Below are positions 1 to 9,753 of a stretch of 33,506 bases of DNA, piece after piece. Location of the stretch: positions 1-33,506 of the forward strand of contig CAZAMZ010000001.1 of assembly GCA_964486375.1 (NCBI GenBank). Reading direction: 5' to 3'. This stretch comes from an uncultured Synergistaceae bacterium. GTDB taxonomy: Bacteria > Synergistota > Synergistia > Synergistales > Thermovirgaceae. Made by a program: the position numbers and the translations under genes. Each line of letters opens with the position of its first letter. The stretch's first letter is position 1. Under the pieces are notes generated by a model. It worked only from the letters and a program-made list of their open reading frames with translations, was not told where the DNA came from and did no database searches.

Positions 1-112
1 TTTTCATCCCCATCTGACGAAGAAGAAGAGCCAGACCGCTCATCCCGGCTCCTCCAATTCCCATAAGGTGAATATTCTTGAGGTTATCGAATCGGCCATC
101 GAAGTCGTTCAA
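1..112 (-). CDS. murC: UDP-N-acetylmuramate--L-alanine ligase MurC, N-terminal fragment running off the window start
   Basis: Minus-strand translation reads LNDFDGRFDNLKNIHLMGIGGAGMSGLALLLRQMGMK. The GIGGxGMSG loop is the Mur-ligase N-terminal nucleotide-binding motif, and a position just after murG fits a dcw cluster. Start tentatively placed at a TTG (110..112) overlapping the murG stop. Confidence 0.75.
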   Translation of the reverse strand, partial: MNDFDGRFDNLKNIHLMGIGGAGMSGLALLLRQMGMK

Positions 113-1188
113 TTGCGACCTCTCCCTTCGGCAGTTTGTTGAACAAGATCCCAGATCTGTTCACAGACTTCATTGTTGTGATCCCGGGAAAACGTATAGG
201 CTTGACCGAGCCGAGCCCTCTCCAGTTCATAGTCTATCATGAAAGAAAGGTTTTCAAGAATCCCGTTATCAATTTCCCAAATGGACCCGAAACCTCTCTC
301 GGAAAAAACAATCGCGTTCTCCATCTGGTGATCATCAGCTGCATTTCTCCAAGGGATTATGACAGAAGGCAATTTAAATGCAACAAGTTCAGAAAGGGTT
401 GATGAACCAGCCCTGGCAATAACAATATCGGCAAGAGAATACAACAGGCTGACGTTCCACTCTTTCGGGACCATCCACAGGTTCCTTTCGGTTCTTTTGA
501 AAGAACCATTCTGGCCGACAACAATAAAATTCAGTCCACGAAATTGTTCTTTTGAACAGATATCCCTGATCAGGCAATTCAACGGGTCACTGCCAAGGGA
601 TCCGCCAATAACAAGACATCTCGGCGGGGAAGGCGGTCGATCCCCAAATCCCAGTTTTTGCCATGCCAGTTCCGGTTGAATGAGTTCCATATCACGCACG
701 GGGACTCCGACGTGAAGAAAATCCTTTTCAGTAAAAGGAAGGCATCTTTCCCATCCCGTGCAGATCCTGATACCAAGATGCTTGCAAAACCTTGTGACTT
801 TCCCGGCCTTTGCGTTCTGTTCATGAAGTATAACCGGTATGCCCGCCATTCTCGCTGCCATTATGACAGGAAAAGCGACATAACCTCCAAAGACAAGGCA
901 TAATTCAGGTTTAAAGGATCTGATAATTTCTGTAGAAATGGTGAACGATCTGAGAAGGTCATATGATCGGGAAACCCTTGTAGCCAAATTGCCCCAGAGA
1001 GGTGAACCTTCAAGGGGAAGGATCGCCGGGTCAATATTTTCATGGGCGTAGATATCCTGTTCAATACGCCTTTTTCCGCAAACGAATAAAACCTGAGAAT
1101 CGGGTTTATGTTTCCGGATCCAGTCCCTGAAAGATATTGCAGGCCATATATGACCGCCTGTTCCGCCGGCGGCTATGAGAATTCTCAT
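109..1188 (-). CDS. murG: MurG, undecaprenyldiphospho-muramoylpentapeptide beta-N-acetylglucosaminyltransferase
   Basis: 359-aa ORF starting MRILIAAGGTGGHIWPA (the MurG G-loop), with a C-terminal GT28 region (ARAGSSTLSELVAFKLPSVIIP). Lies in dcw cluster context. Confidence 0.95.
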   Translation of the reverse strand: MRILIAAGGTGGHIWPAISFRDWIRKHKPDSQVLFVCGKRRIEQDIYAHENIDPAILPLEGSPLWGNLATRVSRSYDLLRSFTISTEIIRSFKPELCLVFGGYVAFPVIMAARMAGIPVILHEQNAKAGKVTRFCKHLGIRICTGWERCLPFTEKDFLHVGVPVRDMELIQPELAWQKLGFGDRPPSPPRCLVIGGSLGSDPLNCLIRDICSKEQFRGLNFIVVGQNGSFKRTERNLWMVPKEWNVSLLYSLADIVIARAGSSTLSELVAFKLPSVIIPWRNAADDHQMENAIVFSERGFGSIWEIDNGILENLSFMIDYELERARLGQAYTFSRDHNNEVCEQIWDLVQQTAEGRGRN

Positions 1189-1201
1189 ATTTCCTCCCCT
1201 A

Positions 1202-2320
1202 TTACGTGGTCCTCATAAATCTCAGAAGGACCCCGATCTTGCACCAGCCAAGAACCAGAGAGCTCCCCCCGTAACTGACAAAAGGGAGCGGTACACCAGT
1301 CAGGGGAAGCAATCTTAAAACGCCTCCCAGATTAACGAAAAAAGGAATAAATATGGTCAGGGTAATAGCCCAGACCAGCGTTGCCTCAAAGCCCGGTTTC
1401 AGGGAACTGTAGGAAAGAAATTGCACCATAAGAAGGAAACCGAAAAGAATTACTACGGAAAAAGTTCCGACCAGGCCTGCTTCCTCACCGATAACAGCAA
1501 AAATGAAATCCGTGTGAGCCGCCGGGAGGTATTGCAGTTTCTGAAGACCATGACCTATTCCAACGCCGAACAACCCCCCGTTGGCAAAAGCGATGAATCC
1601 CTGGATCGTCTGGAAACCGCTGCCAAGAGGATCGCTCCATGGATCCAGAAACGTGGTTACCCTTTCGATCCTGTAACGGCTCAGGAGGATCACTGGAATA
1701 AAAGTAGTTACTGAAGCAGCTACGCCGGCAAGGACAGGCACGGTCCACCCGAAGACCTGGACGAAGATAGCCATCGAAAGGGCAAAAAGTATCAGGGCCC
1801 CGCCCAGATCAGGTTGAAAGAAGAAAGGCCAGGCTGAAAGTCCGAAAAGGATAAGGGTCCGGCCAATTGCTTTTTTCCTTCCAAGTCCGGGTTCATTAAG
1901 TTTCCTTGAAAGATGTATTGCAAAAGCAAAAAGCATTATTTCCGAAGCCTGCAACGACATCGGCCCAAAACGGACCCACCTGCTGGCTCCGCCTCCTGTA
2001 CGGCCGATGCCGGGAAAAAGGGTAAGGATCATCAGTACAAGAGCTCCGATCCACAGCACCCCGCTAAATCTTTTCCACAGTTCGGATCTGGGGAGGGTGC
2101 ATGCTATCATCGCTGCCAATCCGATAATAAGCCACTGGATCTGTCTTAAACCATAAAAGAAGGGCGTTCTTGCCTGTGACTGGGTCAACTGTGCGGTTAC
2201 CGAGGATATCATGATAATACCCATGCATGACAATATCAGGGGTATGAACCATGTGGACTGCACTGCAAGTCCCCACAGAGGCCGGTTCCTGATGCTCTTG
2301 CCGGACTCCCCCCCCGCCAT
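1202..2320 (-). CDS. ftsW: SEDS-family peptidoglycan glycosyltransferase FtsW
   Basis: 372-aa polytopic membrane ORF with SEDS motifs (LQPSE-like QASEIMLFAF, HTDFIFAVIGEEAGLVG, PLPFVSYGGSS). Placement between murD and murG argues for FtsW rather than RodA. Confidence 0.9.
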   Translation of the reverse strand: MAGGESGKSIRNRPLWGLAVQSTWFIPLILSCMGIIMISSVTAQLTQSQARTPFFYGLRQIQWLIIGLAAMIACTLPRSELWKRFSGVLWIGALVLMILTLFPGIGRTGGGASRWVRFGPMSLQASEIMLFAFAIHLSRKLNEPGLGRKKAIGRTLILFGLSAWPFFFQPDLGGALILFALSMAIFVQVFGWTVPVLAGVAASVTTFIPVILLSRYRIERVTTFLDPWSDPLGSGFQTIQGFIAFANGGLFGVGIGHGLQKLQYLPAAHTDFIFAVIGEEAGLVGTFSVVILFGFLLMVQFLSYSSLKPGFEATLVWAITLTIFIPFFVNLGGVLRLLPLTGVPLPFVSYGGSSLVLGWCKIGVLLRFMRTT

Positions 2321-3717
2321 CAGAGATCCCCTTTTCGGATCCTTTTAACGCAATTTATAAAGTCTTCGCCTCGTTCCCTGTAGCTTGAATACATATCCCA
2401 ACTCGTACAGGCTGGTGAAAGCAGGACAACGTTTCCAGGTTTTGAGAACCTTGAAGCCACAAGAACAGCTTCTTCCATGGAGGCAGCCTCCCGGATCTGC
2501 ACAACGACACCGTAATTCTCGAGTGATTCCCTTAACCTGGTTTTTTCCTCTCCGATCAGAATTGCAAGATCCACCTCGGATGCGACGGCCTCGGCAAGGG
2601 GAGAATAATCCTCACGCTTGCCCTTGCCCCCGAGAATGATTATCTTCCTTCCATCAAGTGACCTGAGTGCTGCAACAGAAGCGGCAACGTTGGTACCCTT
2701 TGAATCGTCCACATAGGAAACGCCTTCAATAATATCGACCAGTTCGCATCTGTGGGGAGGAGCCTTAAACGAGGCAAGAGACTCCCCTGCCCCGTCCATG
2801 TCTCCGCCAAGCAAACAGAACGCTGCAGCGGACATTGCGGCATTTTCAATGTTATGTCTGCCTAACAGGTGGACATCCGAATGATCGAAAAGTCTAACGG
2901 ATTGTGCTGCATCATGGATCCAGGCCTGGTTTTCTTTCATGAAAATTGCTGTTGAATACCCGGAGTTCATGTCATTTCCCCAGACAAGGGGTATCGCCCT
3001 GACCCGCATATTTTCACGCGGGAAAAGTAAAGGAATGTCCCTTTCCTGGCAGATCACTCTTCCGCTGTCACTGACCATTTCCGTGATCTTTCTCTTGGCA
3101 GAAAAGTATTCTTCAAGGGATCCGTGCCAGTCAATATGATCTGGTTCTACATTCGTAACAACGGCGAGATCGAGTATGAGGTCATTCGCCCAGAAAAGCT
3201 GAAAACTGCTCAATTCCACCACCAGTACCTCGTTGTCCTGGCCGGCATGATCTGCAAGGGGGCTTCCAACGTTCCCGGCTACGCCAACCCTGATCCCCGC
3301 TCTTTCAAACAGGTGGCCTGTCATAAGTGTCGTTGTGGTCTTGCCGTTGCTGCCTGTCACTCCAAGGATTCTCCCTTTGAGGTAGGGTGCTGTAAAATCG
3401 ACTTCCCCCTCGACCTTCAATCCCTTTTCCATTGCCTTCATTACAGGTTCAGATCCAGGGCCTATACCGGAACTTAGTATCATCCTGTCGCACTGGAAGA
3501 TATCTTCGGTATGCCCGCCTGACTCAAACCTTATTCCGTATCTTCTATACGTGTCAATCATCGATCCATCTATCTGTTTCCTGTCGGAAACTAAGACCGA
3601 ATATCCCAGTTTCGCGGCAAGTTTTGCAATTGAAAAACCGCTTATGCCTGAGCCAATGACTGTCACCCTGTTTCCGTTTGTCTGTTTGATTTTCCCCTTC
3701 AACGGACCATTTACCAT
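2320..3717 (-). CDS. murD: UDP-N-acetylmuramoylalanine--D-glutamate ligase MurD
   Basis: 465-aa ORF with an N-terminal Rossmann GxGxSG (VIGSGISGFS) and the Mur ligase P-loop GVTGSNGKTTTT. Its stop overlaps the ftsW start by 1 nt. Confidence 0.95.
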   Translation of the reverse strand: MVNGPLKGKIKQTNGNRVTVIGSGISGFSIAKLAAKLGYSVLVSDRKQIDGSMIDTYRRYGIRFESGGHTEDIFQCDRMILSSGIGPGSEPVMKAMEKGLKVEGEVDFTAPYLKGRILGVTGSNGKTTTTLMTGHLFERAGIRVGVAGNVGSPLADHAGQDNEVLVVELSSFQLFWANDLILDLAVVTNVEPDHIDWHGSLEEYFSAKRKITEMVSDSGRVICQERDIPLLFPRENMRVRAIPLVWGNDMNSGYSTAIFMKENQAWIHDAAQSVRLFDHSDVHLLGRHNIENAAMSAAAFCLLGGDMDGAGESLASFKAPPHRCELVDIIEGVSYVDDSKGTNVAASVAALRSLDGRKIIILGGKGKREDYSPLAEAVASEVDLAILIGEEKTRLRESLENYGVVVQIREAASMEEAVLVASRFSKPGNVVLLSPACTSWDMYSSYRERGEDFINCVKRIRKGDL

Positions 3718-3730
3718 CTGTCGCCTCCAG

Positions 3731-4687
3731 TTATAGAGAAAGGACGTTTTTTATGAAAAAGGTCAGGAGAACCATCCCCAGGAAGTGAAATGCCCAGAAA
3801 ATTATTACAACCTGTTTTTCGCTCCACCCGCTTAATTCAAAATGATGATGTATGGGACTCATTCTGAAAACCCTTTTTTTGAAAAACCTGATAGCAATTA
3901 TCTGGATGATAACCGAAAGGACTTCGATTCCCATTATGAATCCCAGGGGGATCACAAGCAAAAGAAGGTTACCCGCCGCACAAAGGGAGACAAGAAGTCC
4001 CCCAAGGAAGTGAGACCCGCAATCGCCCATAAAGATACGGGCAGGGTGAAAATTGTGGAAAAGAAAACCTGCAGTCAAACCCAGGCCCATCAGGGCTCCC
4101 GGGAAAACGGCTGCTTTGGAAGAAACAAGACAAACAAGCCAGAAGAAAGAGATACCAGTGGCTCCGGAAGCCAACCCGTCAAGGCCGTCGGTAATATTCA
4201 CGGCATTCAATGATCCAACCATAAGAAAAACAAGTAAAGGGTAACCAGGAACCAACGGGACTGAAATGCCAGGTGCAAGGAACAGCATGCCTTCCGGCAT
4301 AAGGGCTGCAGCCCATCCAAGAGCGGCGATAAACTGGACAACAAGCTTTTGGAGGCTCCTGAACCCTTCACTGGATCCCTTGAAATGCTTCAGAAGATCG
4401 TCAGCAAGACCTATCAGACCCGCTGTTACAGGAAAGCCAAGAATTGACGATGCCTCCCTGAAACTCCAGATACCTGATCGAACAAGTACATAACCCGCCA
4501 ACAAGGACACGATCATGAATACAATACCACCCATGGTCGGTATTTGCTGCTTGTCCTCAAGATGCTTCTGCGGGCCGTATAATTTAAGGTTCTGGACAAC
4601 CCTGGCCTTCCGCAGGAACCTGAACAAGAACTCCTGAAAAACAACCTCAAGAAAAAGAACCCCGGAGAAAAAAATCATCATCCCCAT
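3731..4687 (-). CDS. mraY: Phospho-N-acetylmuramoyl-pentapeptide transferase MraY
   Basis: 318-aa membrane ORF with MraY motifs (PTMGG, NAVNITDGLDGLA, MGDCGSHFLGG, PIHHHFELSGW). Confidence 0.95.
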   Translation of the reverse strand: MGMMIFFSGVLFLEVVFQEFLFRFLRKARVVQNLKLYGPQKHLEDKQQIPTMGGIVFMIVSLLAGYVLVRSGIWSFREASSILGFPVTAGLIGLADDLLKHFKGSSEGFRSLQKLVVQFIAALGWAAALMPEGMLFLAPGISVPLVPGYPLLVFLMVGSLNAVNITDGLDGLASGATGISFFWLVCLVSSKAAVFPGALMGLGLTAGFLFHNFHPARIFMGDCGSHFLGGLLVSLCAAGNLLLLVIPLGFIMGIEVLSVIIQIIAIRFFKKRVFRMSPIHHHFELSGWSEKQVVIIFWAFHFLGMVLLTFFIKNVLSL

Positions 4688-6096
4688 CAGGCAAGTCCTT
4701 CCAGGATCCTGATCGCACGTTCGATCCTGAATGAACGGGAGCCTTTGAAAAGGACTACGTCCCCGCGTGACAGGGTTGAACGGAACTGCCCCTCAAGCTC
4801 TTCAAGTGATGAAAGACTGTGATTCCCGCTGACGCTTGAATCGGCCACCTTTTCCCAGGATTCACCTATAAGGAAAACGCCATCAACCTTTTTAAAAAAT
4901 TTGAACATGCTTTTATGCAGTCTGTCAGATCCGGCCCCGAGTTCACCCATTCCTCCCAGAACAGCCCATTTCCTGCCTTTGCAATCCATAGTGGAAAGGG
5001 TGTTCAGCGCACCGGCCATTGAGACCGGGTTGGCGTTATAGGTATCATCGATAATAAAATAACCGTTTTTTGAAAAATAGGCTTTACCCCTTCCTGGAAG
5101 GGCCTTGAAATTTGAAAGGGATAGCACCTGATCTTCCGGCGGGACTTTCAGGGTATCTGCGACGGCCATGGCAAAACCTGCTGCGTATGCGTTATGTTCC
5201 CCGAAAAGCTCGGAGCGCAACTTCCTTTCGCCGGAAGGGGTATTAAAGACCATCTGAAGGTTCAGCGATCCCTCTACGACCTCGAACCTAGTCTGAGAAA
5301 TTCTGTAAAGGGGGCTTCTCTTCCCGACGGGCAAACCCGTAACTTCTCTCCTCATTTTTGCCAGGGAGCGTGACAAATGGATATTATCATAGTTATAAGA
5401 CATAACCCTGAGGGTTGGAGAATCCATCAGTTCCAGCTTGGCCTTCAGTACACCGCTGACGGAACCAAGACCTTCAAGGTGGCCTGGGCCAATCTCGGTA
5501 ATGACACCTATGTGGGGATGATAATCTTCCGCCATGGTCCGTATCTCTCCCGGGTGACTGGTTCCAAATTCAAGTACCAGGATATTTGTTCCAGGGGGGG
5601 ATCCCATAACTGTAAGGGCACATCCTATCCAGGTATTAAAACTTTTTTCAGCACAGGAAACTCCCTTGAGCCCCGAAAGAACGGTCCTGATCATTTCCCT
5701 GGTCGTCGTTTTGCCGACAGTGCCTGTAATTGCAATAATATTTGATGGATCAAGTATTTCGAGCCATTTCCGCGACAGATCCCTGAGGGCTTTTCCGGTA
5801 TTATCCGTCAGAATGACTGGTATTTTTTCCCCCAACGCCCTTTGCACCGATCCACCAGCCTTCGAGGCATCCAGGATCAAAGCTCCAGCACCTTTTACAA
5901 TGGATTCCTCTATAAAGGAATGGCCATCCTGCTTTTCTCCTTCAAGGGCGACAAAAACGTCGCCGGGTGATACCTCTCTGCTGTCGATCTTGAAGGAAAG
6001 CGGGACGGGGATGTCGGGGCCGAAAAATTGCGCCCCGATCGCTCCAGCAGCCTCTGAAATGGTCCACCTGATGCCTTTGGCAGATCGTCCCTTCAT
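4687..6096 (-). CDS. murF: UDP-N-acetylmuramoyl-tripeptide--D-alanyl-D-alanine ligase MurF
   Basis: 469-aa ORF with the Mur ligase P-loop ITGTVGKTTT and a DDTYNANP motif. Lies between murE and mraY. Confidence 0.93.
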   Translation of the reverse strand: MKGRSAKGIRWTISEAAGAIGAQFFGPDIPVPLSFKIDSREVSPGDVFVALEGEKQDGHSFIEESIVKGAGALILDASKAGGSVQRALGEKIPVILTDNTGKALRDLSRKWLEILDPSNIIAITGTVGKTTTREMIRTVLSGLKGVSCAEKSFNTWIGCALTVMGSPPGTNILVLEFGTSHPGEIRTMAEDYHPHIGVITEIGPGHLEGLGSVSGVLKAKLELMDSPTLRVMSYNYDNIHLSRSLAKMRREVTGLPVGKRSPLYRISQTRFEVVEGSLNLQMVFNTPSGERKLRSELFGEHNAYAAGFAMAVADTLKVPPEDQVLSLSNFKALPGRGKAYFSKNGYFIIDDTYNANPVSMAGALNTLSTMDCKGRKWAVLGGMGELGAGSDRLHKSMFKFFKKVDGVFLIGESWEKVADSSVSGNHSLSSLEELEGQFRSTLSRGDVVLFKGSRSFRIERAIRILEGLA

Positions 6097-7625
6097 TGGG
6101 CCTCACTCGTTCCTGACCATTCAATAACGGCATCCCTGTCGCTGTAGGCAATTGTTCTGTCCGAAAAGACAATGTTCCTTTCTGGACCTTTACCGGCGAT
6201 AAGTACTGCGTCACCTTTTGAAGCATGGTCAAGGGCAAAGAAAACTGCTTCTCTCCTGTCAAGAATGACGTCGATCTTTGATCCAGGACCATCTGAAATG
6301 TCCGGTATGCCTTTCATAATATCTGCTGCTATCGCACCCGGGTCTTCGCTGCGGGGGTTATCCATGGTTATTACGACCCTGTCTGCCATCGCTGAGGCGA
6401 CCTTCCCCATTATCGGCCTGTTTCCCTTGAAACGGTCACCGCCTGATCCGAACACCACCCATATTTTACCTTTGCAGACCTCTCTGATAGAGGAAATGAC
6501 GTTCTTAAGAGCATCTGGAGTATGAGCGTAATCAATAAGGGCTGTAACTCCGTTGGCCAGGTCGAAACTCTGTAGTCTACCCGGAACCTGGGGCATCTTT
6601 TCCAGACCTGTTTTTATGAGTTCAGGCTCCAGGCCCATTGCCAGCGAAACAGCCGCGGATCCAAGGGCGTTCCTTGCGTTGAACCTCCCGGTAAGGGGAA
6701 GGTCCAGGTCTATGACTGGTTTGCCTTGGGGGCTAATTATCTTCAACTTGATCCCGGAAAGGGACAAGGATGATATCAACCCAAGATAATCAGGAGCAAA
6801 TTCCTTCTCCAGCGCAAAGGAAACGACCTCGCCCGGGAATGCTTTTTTAACAAGCCTGCCGTAAGGGTCTGCGGCGTTTGAAGCTCCCACCCATTCGCTG
6901 CATCTCATATAATCCCTGAAAAGGGACATTTTGGCCTCAAAATAATTCTCCATGCTCCCATGAAAATCCAGGTGTTCAGAGGTCAGGTTTGTAAAAACCG
7001 CGGCATCAAACCTGCATCCTGACAGTCTTCCCTGAGCCAACCCGTGGGAGGAAGCCTCCATGACACAGGATCGGCAACCGTTAATCTTCATCTCTGAAAG
7101 CATTCTCTGTACATGGTGTCCCTCAGGCGTGGTCCTGTCAGCCTCGGTCTCAATCCCACACCCGGTATCATAAACAACAGTGCCGATAAGTCCTGCCTTT
7201 TCCCCGGCTGCTGAAAGAATGGACCGCATCATGAATGCTGTTGTTGTTTTCCCGTTCGTTCCTGTTACTGCTACCATTCTCAGGGAATCTGCGGGTTTCC
7301 CGTAAAAGGGAGCTGAAACGTGGCCAAGGCTTTTTCTTGAGTCGTTCACCAGTATATGGCAGATCCCTGCATTCGTAATTCTTTCACTGACAAGCGCAAC
7401 GGCACCCTTGCGGACGGCATCGCAAGCATGATCGTGACCATCCTGTCTTGCCCCTTTTACGCAGACAAACAGGCTTCCTGGTGATACATCTCTTGAATCC
7501 ATTGACAGTCCTGTTATCTTTGGATCTTCAGGAAAATATCCCTCAACAGGGCTGCCATCTGCACTGTATAAACCCTTCAGAAAGTCAATATTCCTTAGAA
7601 CTGCTACAATCTCAGACAAAAGCAA
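6093..7625 (-). CDS. murE: UDP-N-acetylmuramoyl-L-alanyl-D-glutamate--2,6-diaminopimelate ligase MurE
   Basis: 510-aa ORF with P-loop VTGTNGKTTT. It has a DNPR motif (ITMDNPRSEDP), which in MurE enzymes is associated with meso-DAP rather than L-Lys addition. ATGA overlap with murF. Confidence 0.93.
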   Translation of the reverse strand: MLLSEIVAVLRNIDFLKGLYSADGSPVEGYFPEDPKITGLSMDSRDVSPGSLFVCVKGARQDGHDHACDAVRKGAVALVSERITNAGICHILVNDSRKSLGHVSAPFYGKPADSLRMVAVTGTNGKTTTAFMMRSILSAAGEKAGLIGTVVYDTGCGIETEADRTTPEGHHVQRMLSEMKINGCRSCVMEASSHGLAQGRLSGCRFDAAVFTNLTSEHLDFHGSMENYFEAKMSLFRDYMRCSEWVGASNAADPYGRLVKKAFPGEVVSFALEKEFAPDYLGLISSLSLSGIKLKIISPQGKPVIDLDLPLTGRFNARNALGSAAVSLAMGLEPELIKTGLEKMPQVPGRLQSFDLANGVTALIDYAHTPDALKNVISSIREVCKGKIWVVFGSGGDRFKGNRPIMGKVASAMADRVVITMDNPRSEDPGAIAADIMKGIPDISDGPGSKIDVILDRREAVFFALDHASKGDAVLIAGKGPERNIVFSDRTIAYSDRDAVIEWSGTSEAQ

Positions 7626-7645
7626 ATCTGGCCACCTTGCCCTCT

Positions 7646-9289
7646 TCAGGAGATCTGTTCGATATCAAGAACAATATTCCGGAAAACCGGTGCTGCGACT
7701 TTTCCTCCCAGAAAATCCCCGGAGCGTGGATTGCCTATGACGACAAGAAGAAGATATCTGGGGCTGTAACTGGGCCAGAAGCCTACAAAAGAAGGAGTAT
7801 AATCACCCTTCAGATAACCGCCTGCACCAGGTACCTGTGCAGTTCCTGTCTTACCCGCCACGGAAGAGCCCGCCACATCGGCAGTCCTTCCTGTTCCCTT
7901 TTCTACGGCCTTCCTCATGGCCTCCGTCATCCACCATGAAGCCTTTTTGGAAAAAACCTCGGTGACTACAAAAGGTCTTCCCTGGTATTGGACCGACCCG
8001 TCCCTGCTTCTGATCTCGGAAACAATGTAAGGCTTCATTACCTTACCGCCATTTGCCAGGGCACCTGTCGCTACAGCCAGTTGAAGAGGAGTTACTCCAA
8101 TGCCGTGTCCTATGGATATTGTCGCAGGCACCGATCCCCTCCACTGGGACGGTGGGATCATCAGGCCGGATTCTTCCCCGGGCATCTCGATTCCGGAAGG
8201 CTCGCCAAAACCGCACCTTCTCAAAAAGGAGTAGGTCTGAAAGGGGTCTGAATTCCTTACGCTCGTGACCATACCCACGTTGCAAGAGTCTGAAATAATG
8301 GTAGTAGGATTCACCCTGCCGTGCGATTTTATGTCATGAATTGTAACATCTGCAACTTTGATACGCCCCTGACAGTTTACCGAGGTTTGTTCTCCCACTT
8401 CCCCGTTATCTATCAGGTTGCCCATAATAATTGGTTTAAGGGTGGAGCCTGGCTCGAAAACCCTCGAAATAACGTTGTTCCTGAGGGATTCTTTTGCTGA
8501 AAAAGTGTTCCTGTCATTGGGGTCGAAATCCGGAAGGCTTGCCATTCCCAGGATCTTTCCGGTAGAAGGTTCAAGAAGTATTCCTGCAGCCCATTCGGCC
8601 TTGTGGGATACAAAGCCCTCTCTAAGCCTGCTTTCAAGTATATGCTGAAGTCTTGAGTCAATCGTCAGTTGAACCATGGAGTCGTTGCCGGCAACAAATG
8701 ATTGCCCGGGTATGGCTACATCAACAAAATTTCCCCTTGCGTCCTTGGCAATGATACGCCCCTCAGGGGGTGCATAAAGTACTGAATCCCAGAATAGTTC
8801 CGAACCGGCGAGTCCCCGGTCGTCAATATCACAAAAACCAAGAACATGGGAAAGAGTGTTGCCTTGGGGATAGATCCTTTTGGTCTCCTTGACCCAGAAC
8901 AAACCAGGGAGTTTGAGGTTTGCTATCTTGTCGGAAACAGGGGGGTCTATCTTCCGCGCAATCAGGAAATACCTTCCCTCGATATTCCCCGATATTCTTT
9001 CAAGTCTTGAACGGGGTATCAGGTCCTGCAGCAGTGGAGCGTTTGCAGGATCCCAAAGGGTGGGGTCAATAAAAAAACTGATGCTGGGTGTGGAAATTGC
9101 GAGGGAAATGCCATTCCTGTCCCTGATGTGCCCCCGTGGGGCAGTTACCCTTAGCCTGGCCCAGTATTGGCTGCCCGCCTGGGAACGGACCCTTGGATCC
9201 GGGTCAAGCTGAAGGGAACATAACCTGAAGAGTAGCACGGCAATGAATAAGGCAAGAAGAAACCATGGGCTCTTCCTCAGGCGCATCAT
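7646..9289 (-). CDS. ftsI: Class B penicillin-binding protein / division transpeptidase FtsI
   Basis: 547-aa ORF with an N-terminal TM anchor, an SxxK motif (GSTLKP), an SxN-like motif (SDSCN) and KTGTA. Lies in the dcw position after ftsL. Confidence 0.9.
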   Translation of the reverse strand: MMRLRKSPWFLLALFIAVLLFRLCSLQLDPDPRVRSQAGSQYWARLRVTAPRGHIRDRNGISLAISTPSISFFIDPTLWDPANAPLLQDLIPRSRLERISGNIEGRYFLIARKIDPPVSDKIANLKLPGLFWVKETKRIYPQGNTLSHVLGFCDIDDRGLAGSELFWDSVLYAPPEGRIIAKDARGNFVDVAIPGQSFVAGNDSMVQLTIDSRLQHILESRLREGFVSHKAEWAAGILLEPSTGKILGMASLPDFDPNDRNTFSAKESLRNNVISRVFEPGSTLKPIIMGNLIDNGEVGEQTSVNCQGRIKVADVTIHDIKSHGRVNPTTIISDSCNVGMVTSVRNSDPFQTYSFLRRCGFGEPSGIEMPGEESGLMIPPSQWRGSVPATISIGHGIGVTPLQLAVATGALANGGKVMKPYIVSEIRSRDGSVQYQGRPFVVTEVFSKKASWWMTEAMRKAVEKGTGRTADVAGSSVAGKTGTAQVPGAGGYLKGDYTPSFVGFWPSYSPRYLLLVVIGNPRSGDFLGGKVAAPVFRNIVLDIEQIS

Positions 9290-9324
9290 GCGATCCTGCC
9301 CGTCCTTTTAGATAGGTATGGAAT

Positions 9325-9753
9325 TTACTGCCGGGCTGAAGCCTTTCCAGTTACTGAATCGACCAGCCACACAAGGGCCTTTCGGAGCCTGCCTGCCTCG
9401 GAACTTGTTTTCCCGCTTGTGGCCATCAGGGTTCTTTCAGCCGGGGTTATCTTCACAAGACCGATATTCGCGGAAGCCTTCATGCCCAGTTCCGATCTTG
9501 CATAACTATACACTCTTGTCGGATTCAGTAAACCGGCAAGATCCTTTTCGAGACGGGCCTGTTCTTCCTCCCTAAGCACTATCTGTCGCTGGATATCTGC
9601 AAGTTTGTACTCAAGATCCAGGGAATAAAGCCTCAATGCGACAAGACCCATCAGAAGAGATACAACTCCCACACATAGCAGAATACATATTGATCCTCTT
9701 CCTTTCAGCTGCTTCGATTCTTCAAAGGGAAGCTGCATCGTTTCTGCTATCAT
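9325..9753 (-). CDS. ftsL: Cell division protein FtsL-like (single TM plus coiled coil)
   Basis: I use the internal ATG at 9751..9753, which forms an ATGA overlap with the rsmH stop. The product MIAETMQL... (142 aa) has one TM helix (ICILLCVGVVSLLMGLVALRL), a heptad-like region, and an NPTRVYSYARSELGM motif typical of FtsL. Confidence 0.75.
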   Translation of the reverse strand: MIAETMQLPFEESKQLKGRGSICILLCVGVVSLLMGLVALRLYSLDLEYKLADIQRQIVLREEEQARLEKDLAGLLNPTRVYSYARSELGMKASANIGLVKITPAERTLMATSGKTSSEAGRLRKALVWLVDSVTGKASARQ